This document shows positions 1-8,300 of a stretch of DNA of 64,000 nucleotides, piece after piece (position 1 is the first letter of the stretch; every line of letters begins with the position of its first letter). Source of the stretch: a virus. The notes under the pieces were generated by a model. It made no database searches, was not told the DNA's origin, and worked only from the letters and a program-made list of their open reading frames with translations. The position numbers and the translations under genes were made by a program. The stretch covers positions 32,001 to 96,000 of the IMG/VR virus record IMGVR_UViG_3300017746_000002. One strand, written 5' to 3'.

Positions 1-162
1 AGTTACATCTGGTGGAGGAGGTACTGGTAATTCTTTTGCTTCTTCTATATCAGCTTGAAGTGCAAACCACATACCCACTACAGTTGCTATGGCAAAACCA
101 ATACCTATAAGTGTTTTTACACTTACTTTAAAACTTGTATCCTCATTTAATTCTTTTGCCAT
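1..162 (-). CDS. Partial small membrane protein, holin-like (runs off the left edge)
   Basis: Not in the ORF track. ATG at 162 reads MAKELNEDTSFKVSVKTLIGIGFAIATVVGMWFALQADIEEAKELPVPPPPDVT..., open to the edge, with one hydrophobic helix. It starts 10 bp after the stop of 173..1162. Confidence 0.6.
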   Translation of the reverse strand, partial: MAKELNEDTSFKVSVKTLIGIGFAIATVVGMWFALQADIEEAKELPVPPPPDVT

Positions 163-172
163 TTTATATCTT

Positions 173-1162
173 TTAACCGTCTCCTGAAGTTGATGCAGCT
201 CCAGGCTTCATTCTTCTATCTGTTTTTCTTTTTCCTAATTTAGCAGATAACCCTTGCATAGCCCCAACTATTCCTACACCTTCATTAGCTCCTGTAATTG
301 TTCCTGCTGGACTCATAGGTTCATCCCAATTTTGAGAAATTTCTTCAAACCAACCACTTATAACCCATCCAACTAAAGAAGTATGAGATTGAATTTGAAC
401 TACATCATGTGTATTTAACTTTAAAGGACTTTCATGATCTAACAATTTAATTCTTTCATTATCAGATAGTTTTATTCTATCTGCTAAAGACATTTCTGCA
501 GGAATATTAGTAGTATTTATTGTACAATCTGATACAGCAATTGTACCTGTAAGAGCATTATATATCCTTACAGAAAACTTTTTATCATTAGTGCTTCCAT
601 TGTCACAATTCTGAATGTATATCTGTTTTATATAACATTCTTTTTTTATAGTATTACTAGTATAGCAAGTTGTGCCAGTGTCAACATTTGTAATTGAAAC
701 ATCCCATCCTGTTGTAGATTCATATAATGTTTCCCAAGTATCTAAAGCACTTACTTTTTTCTTTTGTCTTCCAGGCCAATTATGTTGTGGCTCTGTATCT
801 AAAGTTGAGCTTTGTAAACAATTAGATCCTGCACCACTACCACAAGTTATTTCTCCACTACATGCTGCTATTGCTGTAACAAGACCGCCAGATCCTACTG
901 TAACACAACCATATATTTTATCACCCTCAATAGGTTGATCACATGATCCATCAGGCCCACAATCAGTATAGATACCAATATCAGCAACAACACCACATTT
1001 TGAGTCTTGGTGTATCTTATCTCCTACCTGTAAGTTGTTTGCACTACCTACTAAATGATCAATGTAAAATAGCTTACATGATACACTTTGAGCACAACAA
1101 CTAGCACATGTTGCTGACTTTATGGAGCAATTCCTAAAATTATGTGCTAGACATGTTGCCAT
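173..1162 (-). CDS. Cys-rich hypothetical protein, probably virion-associated
   Basis: 329-aa ORF with a Cys/Gly-rich N-terminal third and a beta-rich middle. Its start overlaps the upstream stop (TAATG coupling at 1162). Confidence 0.6.
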   Translation of the reverse strand: MATCLAHNFRNCSIKSATCASCCAQSVSCKLFYIDHLVGSANNLQVGDKIHQDSKCGVVADIGIYTDCGPDGSCDQPIEGDKIYGCVTVGSGGLVTAIAACSGEITCGSGAGSNCLQSSTLDTEPQHNWPGRQKKKVSALDTWETLYESTTGWDVSITNVDTGTTCYTSNTIKKECYIKQIYIQNCDNGSTNDKKFSVRIYNALTGTIAVSDCTINTTNIPAEMSLADRIKLSDNERIKLLDHESPLKLNTHDVVQIQSHTSLVGWVISGWFEEISQNWDEPMSPAGTITGANEGVGIVGAMQGLSAKLGKRKTDRRMKPGAASTSGDG

Positions 1163-1401
1163 TACTCAGTAAAAAATAATTTAATTACTAATCCAATTGT
1201 TATACCATAAATAACCCATAAAGCCTTTGCCATTGTTTTTCTATATGAAGTATTTCTATTAACTCTTGCCGTTACTCCATAATCAGGATCTAATAGTTTT
1301 TCAGTTAGCATATCTAACTTTCCATCCATTTTATCAAGCTTATCTTCCATTGAATCTATTCTTAGTTTCATAAGTCCTATTTCTTCAGCAGTAGTGGCCA
1401 T
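1162..1401 (-). CDS. Small coiled-coil protein with C-terminal TM helix (XhlA/holin-like)
   Basis: The likely start is MATTAEEIG at 1401, 2 bp after the upstream stop, not 1428. Heptad-like LRIDSMEDKLDKMDGKLDML is followed by hydrophobic ALWVIYGITIGLVIKLFF. Confidence 0.55.
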   Translation of the reverse strand: MATTAEEIGLMKLRIDSMEDKLDKMDGKLDMLTEKLLDPDYGVTARVNRNTSYRKTMAKALWVIYGITIGLVIKLFFTE

Positions 1402-1403
1402 AT

Positions 1404-1691
1404 TTATATTGTTGCTACAATAACACAATCGTCTGCTGTTACTGTAATAGTTGCACCCTTAAGTTTATTTAACTTACGGTATTGAGTTCCTGCATCCCAA
1501 TTAACTGTTACACCTACTGGAATATTCATTACATTTCCATTAGGCATTGTTACTGTACATGCTCCACTGTTGTTTAAAATAGAAAATGTTCTAAACTTTT
1601 CTAAAAACGTTTTAGCAGCTAGTGATCCAGTAAATCCAAAAGGAGTTACAATAGATACTTGATTAGCTGCAATTACTTTGTTTCCTGCCAT
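1404..1691 (-). CDS. Hypothetical protein (beta-rich, 95 aa)
   Basis: First ORF of the leftward unit, preceded by the recurring upstream motif at 1733-1749. Confidence 0.6.
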   Translation of the reverse strand: MAGNKVIAANQVSIVTPFGFTGSLAAKTFLEKFRTFSILNNSGACTVTMPNGNVMNIPVGVTVNWDAGTQYRKLNKLKGATITVTADDCVIVATI

Positions 1692-1732
1692 GATTTAAAA
1701 TTTTTTTTGTTAGTTTTGTAAATTCTTTATTA

Positions 1733-1749
1733 TACATATATAATATACT
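1733..1749 (-). promoter_or_regulatory. Recurring putative phage promoter motif (minus strand AGTATATTATATATGTA)
   Basis: This 17-bp sequence is identical to 37064-37080. The core GTATATTATA recurs upstream of several minus-strand genes. Confidence 0.5.
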
Positions 1750-1830
1750 GAAAAAAAAGGAATTAAGAAAATATAATAGGAATGAAAAAAAATATGTAAA
1801 ATTTTAAATTTTTATGTTGATGGTAATAAT

Positions 1831-1847
1831 TAGTTTTGTTATCTTAT
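1831..1847 (+). promoter_or_regulatory. Putative Bacteroidota-type -7 promoter element for the nrdJ operon
   Basis: TAGTTTTG (1831-1838) matches TAnnTTTG, and a TATCTTAT variant follows at 1840-1847, about 40-55 bp upstream of the nrdJ ATG. The AT-rich context makes chance matches possible. Confidence 0.35.
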
Positions 1848-1886
1848 ACTTACCCTTTCAAACTAACTTATTAAAATTAAAAAAAA

Positions 1887-3746
1887 ATGAATTTAAACAA
1901 CAAAATACTTAGTGATATTACTGTCTATATGAAGTACAGTAGATATATTCCAGAATTAAATAGAAGAGAAACTTGGGATGAGCTAGTTACTAGAAATAAA
2001 GCAATGCATTTAAAAACATATCCTAAACTTAAAGAGGAAATTAAAAATGCATATGAATTTGTATATGACAAAAAGGTTTTACCTTCAATGAGGTCTATGC
2101 AATTTGGTGGCAAACCTATTGAGATTTCTCCTAATAGAATATATAACTGTGCTTATATGCCTGTTGATCATATTGATTCTTTTGCTGAATGTATGTTTCT
2201 TCTTTTAGGTGGTACTGGTGTTGGGTATTCTGTTCAAAATCATCATGTTGCAAAACTTCCTCCTATAAATAAACCTTATACAAAAAGAACAAAAAGATAT
2301 TTGATAAGTGATTCAATAGAAGGCTGGGCTGACTCAGTTAAGTTATTAATGAAATCATACCTTAATGGTAGATCTTCTAAGATTATATTTGATTTTTCAG
2401 ACATTAGACCTAAAGGAGCTAGACTTGTAACGTCTGGGGGTAAAGCTCCTGGTCCTCAACCACTTAAAGAATGTTTATTAAAGATTGAAGGTTTATTAAG
2501 TGCTAAAGAAGACGGTGATCAACTGTCTACATTAGAAGTACATGACATTGTGTGTCATATTGCTGACGCTGTGCTTGCTGGTGGTATTAGACGTGCCGCT
2601 CTTATTAGTTTATTTAGTGCTCATGATGATGAAATGATTTCTTGTAAGTCAGGTAACTGGTGGGAAACAAATCCTCAAAGAGGAAGAGCTAATAACTCTG
2701 CTGTATTAATGAGACATAAAATAACTAAAGAGTTTTTTATGGATATATGGAAACGTGTTGAACTTTCTGGTTCAGGTGAACCTGGGATATACTTAAACAA
2801 TGATAAAGATTGGGGAACTAATCCTTGTTGTGAGATTGCTTTAAGACCTTATCAATTTTGTAACCTTTGTGAGGTTAATGCAAGTGATCTTAAATCACAA
2901 GAAGATCTTAATGAAAGAGTAAAAGCAGCTGCATTTATTGGTACACTTCAAGCAGGTTATACAGACTTTCATTATCTTAGAGAGGTGTGGAAAGAAACAA
3001 CTGAAAAAGACGCTCTTATAGGTGTTTCAATGACTGGTATTGGAAGTGGTAAAGTGTTAAAACTTAATACGTCTGAGGCAGCATTAATTGTTAAAAAAGA
3101 AAATGCACGTATTGCTAAATTAATTGGTATAAGAAAAGCAGCTAGATGTACTACTGTAAAACCTGCAGGAACAACATCCTTAACATTAGGAACATCATCT
3201 GGTATTCATGCTTGGCATAATGATTACTATGTGAGAAGAATACGTGTTGGTAAAAATGAGGCTATATATACTTATTTAGCAGATAATCACCCTGAGTTAA
3301 TTGAAGATGATTACTTTAGACCGCATGACACTGCAGTAATTAGTATACCACAAAGTGCTCCTGAAGGTTCTATCTTAAGAACTGAATCATCATTTGATTT
3401 GTTAGAAAGAGTTAAGAAAGTTGCAACTGAATGGGTAATGCCTGGTCATAGAACAGGATCTAATAGTCATAATGTGTCTGCAACTATATCATTAAAAGAA
3501 GATGAATGGGAAAAGGCGGGTGAATGGATGTGGAATAATAGAAAGCATTATAATGGTCTTGCTGTATTACCTTATAATGGTGGTACATATACTCAAGCTC
3601 CGTTTGAAGATATATCTAAAAAGAAATTTACTGAAATGCTTAAACATCTTATGGACATTGACTTGTCTAATATAATAGAAGTAGATGATAATACAAACCT
3701 TAAAGGAGAGTTAGCTTGTGCTGGCGGATCCTGTGAAATCACATAA
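1887..3746 (+). CDS. nrdJ: Class II (adenosylcobalamin-dependent) monomeric ribonucleotide reductase
   Basis: Motifs RRETW, LPSMR, YNCAY, GxGVG, GGIRRAA, catalytic TNPCCEI, VKPAGT and C-terminal redox pair ACAGGSCEI. No NrdB small subunit is adjacent. Confidence 0.93.
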   Translation: MNLNNKILSDITVYMKYSRYIPELNRRETWDELVTRNKAMHLKTYPKLKEEIKNAYEFVYDKKVLPSMRSMQFGGKPIEISPNRIYNCAYMPVDHIDSFAECMFLLLGGTGVGYSVQNHHVAKLPPINKPYTKRTKRYLISDSIEGWADSVKLLMKSYLNGRSSKIIFDFSDIRPKGARLVTSGGKAPGPQPLKECLLKIEGLLSAKEDGDQLSTLEVHDIVCHIADAVLAGGIRRAALISLFSAHDDEMISCKSGNWWETNPQRGRANNSAVLMRHKITKEFFMDIWKRVELSGSGEPGIYLNNDKDWGTNPCCEIALRPYQFCNLCEVNASDLKSQEDLNERVKAAAFIGTLQAGYTDFHYLREVWKETTEKDALIGVSMTGIGSGKVLKLNTSEAALIVKKENARIAKLIGIRKAARCTTVKPAGTTSLTLGTSSGIHAWHNDYYVRRIRVGKNEAIYTYLADNHPELIEDDYFRPHDTAVISIPQSAPEGSILRTESSFDLLERVKKVATEWVMPGHRTGSNSHNVSATISLKEDEWEKAGEWMWNNRKHYNGLAVLPYNGGTYTQAPFEDISKKKFTEMLKHLMDIDLSNIIEVDDNTNLKGELACAGGSCEIT

Positions 3747-3761
3747 CTAATTAAAAAAACT

Positions 3762-4088
3762 ATGATAATAGATACAACAGTTACAACAGAAAACATTAAA
3801 GAGAAACTAAAAGAAAATGAAATTATGCTTATACAGTTTTGGGCACCTTGGTGTGGACCTTGTAGAGCATTAACTCCTACTATGGATGACCTAGAGGATG
3901 ATTTTGGTAAAGTAATTGGTAGATGTAATACTGATGACAATCAAGATCTTGTACAAGAATATGGTATAAGAGGAATTCCTGCAGTAATTATGTTTAAAGA
4001 TGGTAAAGAAGTAGAAAGATTTGGTGGTAACACTAAAAGTTTCTTTACAGAAAAACTTAACTACTATTTAGGTGCTCTAAAACAATGA
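3762..4088 (+). CDS. trxA: Thioredoxin
   Basis: Canonical FWAPWCGPC active site and cis-Pro loop GIRGIP. It lies directly downstream of the RNR. Confidence 0.95.
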   Translation: MIIDTTVTTENIKEKLKENEIMLIQFWAPWCGPCRALTPTMDDLEDDFGKVIGRCNTDDNQDLVQEYGIRGIPAVIMFKDGKEVERFGGNTKSFFTEKLNYYLGALKQ

Positions 4089-4867
4089 AGTATATAATTT
4101 CATTTACAACAAGTCCAACTAGAATACATAAGTTTGAGAGCATGTTAAATAGTTTATTAACTCAAACTGTAAAACCTGATCTAATAATATTAAATATACC
4201 TAAAGTTTTTAAAAGAACTTCTGAAGAGTATGACATTCCTAATGGGTTAGAAGATAAAATATTTATTAATAAAATAGATAAAGATTACGGACCTGCAACA
4301 AAAATTATACCAACAATACAATATCTTAAAGATAACAATTTTAATCCTACTGAGACAAGAATAGTATATTTAGATGATGATGTAAAGTATCCACCAGCTA
4401 TGCTAGAAGTATTTAAAGAAATGCCTAATGATAATAGCGTATATGTAAGTTCAGGTGCTGACTTTAGGTGTGGACCTGGTACTTGTGATAACCTACGTGC
4501 AGTTAGGAGACATAATGATACGGCTGCAGCTGCTGAAGGGTATGGTGGTGTTTGTGTAAGGTTAGATACATTTAAGGATGATTTTATGGAATACATAAAT
4601 ATATATATAGACAACATGGATTTTTATCTATCTGATGATGTAGTACTAAGTAACTATTATTGTAGTAAAGGAGTATCTATTAAAGTGATTAATATCCCCG
4701 GAAGATTTAGTGTACAAGATATATGGATTAACAAAGGAACATTAGACTACGGATATAAAGAAGACGCATTACACAAAGGTGCTAATGGAACTTCAGTTAA
4801 TAATGAGCAACGTTACAAGAATGTGTTATCTCAACTAGGTATTGATGGGAATAGGTATATTACCTAA
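4085..4867 (+). CDS. GT-A fold glycosyltransferase-like protein
   Basis: N-terminal ISFTTSPTRI...SLLTQTVKPD, DYGPATK, DxD-type YLDDD, EGYGG and a later SDD motif. The ATGA overlap with trxA indicates coupling. Confidence 0.65.
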   Translation: MKYIISFTTSPTRIHKFESMLNSLLTQTVKPDLIILNIPKVFKRTSEEYDIPNGLEDKIFINKIDKDYGPATKIIPTIQYLKDNNFNPTETRIVYLDDDVKYPPAMLEVFKEMPNDNSVYVSSGADFRCGPGTCDNLRAVRRHNDTAAAAEGYGGVCVRLDTFKDDFMEYINIYIDNMDFYLSDDVVLSNYYCSKGVSIKVINIPGRFSVQDIWINKGTLDYGYKEDALHKGANGTSVNNEQRYKNVLSQLGIDGNRYIT

Positions 4868-4935
4868 ATAGCTAGAGCAAAAACAGTACACATAATAATA
4901 ATATACAGTATTGGGGTTATATCTATCTTCTTCAT
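4864..4935 (-). CDS. Putative 23-aa single-TM micropeptide
   Basis: Not in the ORF track. MKKIDITPILYIIIMCTVFALAI* fills the gap downstream of the SET gene and converges on the GT stop. Confidence 0.4.
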   Translation of the reverse strand: MKKIDITPILYIIIMCTVFALAI

Positions 4936-4986
4936 ATAAATAAGATAGATAATATAACTTTAAACTATGTTATGAAAATGTTAAGG

Positions 4987-5322
4987 CTATGTTAAATAAT
5001 TGCATATATCATACATAGAATACTTTAAAGTAAGCTCTTCACCTGCTGTTATCTTACGTGTAGTTCTTAGTCTTTTATATTCTGGATCTTCATCTTCAAC
5101 AAGCTCACAGTTAGCTTCATCAGAATGATTAATGAATCCACCTAAAGGAGTTCTAATATAATCATGTTGAAAGTTAGGGTCATACACATGACTAATTCCC
5201 ATATCTATTTCAGCGGGTATATCATCCTGAGCAATAATACCAGCTCCATGTATATCAGAAGGACCAATAGCCAAATAATCAGGTAGTGGTTTATAGATCT
5301 TAGTTTTACAGTTTTTTTCCAT
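4987..5322 (-). CDS. Stand-alone SET-domain protein (putative lysine methyltransferase)
   Basis: SET signatures SxIHGxG (SDIHGAGIIA), FINHS (GGFINHSDEANC) and GEELTxxY (ITAGEELTLKY) in 111 aa. Confidence 0.88.
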   Translation of the reverse strand: MEKNCKTKIYKPLPDYLAIGPSDIHGAGIIAQDDIPAEIDMGISHVYDPNFQHDYIRTPLGGFINHSDEANCELVEDEDPEYKRLRTTRKITAGEELTLKYSMYDICNYLT

Positions 5323-5324
5323 AG

Positions 5325-8300
5325 TTATTTAATGTAGAAGTCAGTGATACGTTCATATCCCTTCCATCTGTTTATAGTATAAAGAATAGGTAGGGCATCT
5401 CCCCATTCTTTTCCAAGTTTCATTTTTCCTTTTCTATCTCCTCTTTTGTATACATAACTTGTTTCAGAAAATGCTTCATCATCTAAAAACGCATAAGATA
5501 AACCTGTACCAACAGTTACTTCCATAGCTTGACCTAGTTCACCCAACGTTCTTGAAGCTGCTATAGGTGACTTAAACAGTTGCATCATTTGCTGATAACC
5601 ACCCATACCAGGTACAGGGTTAAAAGTTACAAGTTCTTTTCTTAATCTATCTGCTTGATATACTAATACATTTTCTAGTTTCTTTTTTACTTCACTATCA
5701 TCATCGTCATCTTCAAATAGTTTCACTAATAAATTCCTAACTATTATTGTAGTTATAAATAATCCTAGCTCTCCTATTGTTCTATATGCATTCTGTAGCT
5801 TCTGCTTTCCTTTTACACCATGATGTTTCTTATAGTTCTCATGTATACTACCCAGTTCATTTATATTTTTATAAAAGTACTTCATAAAGTTCCAAAAGCT
5901 TAAGTATCTTCCTTCTGTATATCCTAAGTTTTCATCAAAGTATTCTGGTCTAAATCTAGTTTGTATAGATGGCACTACCCACTTATGAAACTGTGCTGCT
6001 AATTGACCTAAAGCATGAGACTGTATAACCATTCTATCTTCATAAGCATAGTTACCATGTATAATTTTATTTACTTCTCTTATATTGTTTCTTATCTCAT
6101 ATCTAGCATCATCATTCCATTCCATGATTTTATCTCTACCGTACATCTGTACTTGATCATACCCTTCTTCCATCTCTAGGGCACCTGTCTCTCTGTTAAA
6201 TATTAATGCATCGTATAAACTCTTTGTTTCTCCTGTTTTACTATTTATTGCAGTATGTGATCTTACTATAACATTACCTATCTTACTTTGTACATTAAAT
6301 TCACCAGCATCCTGAAGAAAGAATCCCCAGTTTGTTAATCTTCTCCACAAACTTTCTTTATCACCTTTTGTTTGTTCACGTAAATCTGATTTATCATCTA
6401 ACATTCTAAAGAAATCTACACTGGCTAAATACTTACTACTAAAGTTAGCAGGCTTCCATTTACTATTACTATCTGTCATCTCAGCTAATCTTGAAAATGC
6501 ATCTTGCAACGCTCTACCATTAAACTCAGCAAGAGTGTATGCCATTTGACTTCCATCAAAGTGTCTAGAACCTAGTGTCTCAATACTATTAGATAATCTA
6601 CCAAATAGATAGTTGTTTAAGTTACCAAAGACGTTAAACCCTACATAAGCTAATGATGTCTGATTAATAAGACCTTTGGTCATCTTTTCAAAAAAGTTTA
6701 AAGTATCCTGATCATTACCATAATATGTCATCTTCATCCATTTCCTAGCTCTTCTATACCTTCTTGATTCTTCTTTAGTTTTTTCACCAGGGACAAGATT
6801 ACCATCTTCATCATATGTAGCTTCAGATCTATCTTGTATAACTTTCATCATAGCAGTATAAGTATCTTCAGCTTGACTCATCACTTCATAATTTTCTGCC
6901 ATAGCTGAAAACTTTAATAGAACCTCATCTAAATTTAAATTTAAATTAGTTGCTTCTGGTCTGCTTTCTATTTTATTTTGTTCTCCTCTTAATACTTTTA
7001 ATTTTTTATTAATTTTATTTTTTTCTGCAGCAGTAGTTGCTTGAGCATACTCAGTATTAGCAGCATCAATTTGATTTTGTATGTCTATTAATTGTTGTTC
7101 TGTTCTTATGGATCCAACATACATTAAAGGAAGTGAGTCTGTTATTATATTACCGTTTTCATCTGTAAATGTCTTTTTAAGTTTTATTGTAGGATTAATT
7201 AAATTACTAGTACCTCTTTTCATACTAGCCCACATTCTTCCTACCATAGTAGACTTGTTTTTTAAACCTTTCATTTGAACACCCTCCATAACAGGAAGCC
7301 TTCCTAACATTCTTATATTATCTGGAAGTTTATTTAATAGTTCACCTTCATACACATCCATCCACATTTGATAAAACTCTAACTGTGCTCTCTCAAGTTC
7401 AGTTTTAGGGTCATGAAGCTTTAACCACTGATCACTTCTCATTTCTGTACCATCTGCTGCCCGTTTTCTTATTTCTCTAAATGTTCGTTTAGGTGCACTC
7501 ATGTGTGATATAACTATACCACCAGTAGGAATACCATCACTATCTGTTATTGCTTTTTCATAATCAAAACTATCGTAATATTTAGCTCTATAATCATTCC
7601 AGTCTTTATCACTAACAGAGTTTCTTCTTACCCAGTAACCAAATTCAGATTCTGGTTCTTGAAACCATACCTCATGCTTTTCTCTTGCATCTTTAAATTT
7701 TTGAGAGTATCTATGGAATTTACCATCTCTAGGTCCTGCAGCACCAAATCTTTCTGCTTTCATATAATCTCTATAGTCTCTTTTATCTTGAAACAATTGT
7801 TTATTATATGCAATGTCTTCTGGCTTTGCATTATCTAAATTTTCAGGATCAATTAATCTATATGTTTTATACTTACCATCTTCATCATAAAGCTTATCTC
7901 TAAGTACTTTTCTTTTTTCGTAGTATTGTTTACCTATTTCTTTTACATATCTTCCTGTAGGTATACCATTTTCATCTGTTTCAATCATCCACATGAAATC
8001 CTCATTGCCTAATTTCTTTAATTTTAATGATGCTGCTTTAATCCTAGGGGCACGTCTAGCAACTCTATCTAATACTATTTGTCTATCTCTTTTCCAGATC
8101 TTAGCCATTAAAGCAGAAATAGGATCACTTGAAGTATTCATATCACTAACTGCTTCATCCACAACACCTATGTCTTTAGCTGTAGTCATTATCTCATTAA
8201 GTTCTTCTTCAGTAAAATCTCTTTGTGATTTACTTTTTACCAATGCTCTAACATAATTACGTATACTTGCATCAAAGATACCTTTATCACTTGGAGACTG

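Noticed and set aside
1402-1428. Extended N-terminus (MCYCSNNIN) of the 88-aa ORF
   Set aside because: It overlaps the upstream gene. The ATG at 1401, just after the upstream stop, fits the operon coupling pattern better.
4085-5322. Eukaryotic giant-virus origin suggested by the SET and GT genes
   Set aside because: The DFDID-type single-chain RNAP, crAss-like gene order, translational coupling, intrinsic terminators and SprB repeat all indicate a Bacteroidota phage.
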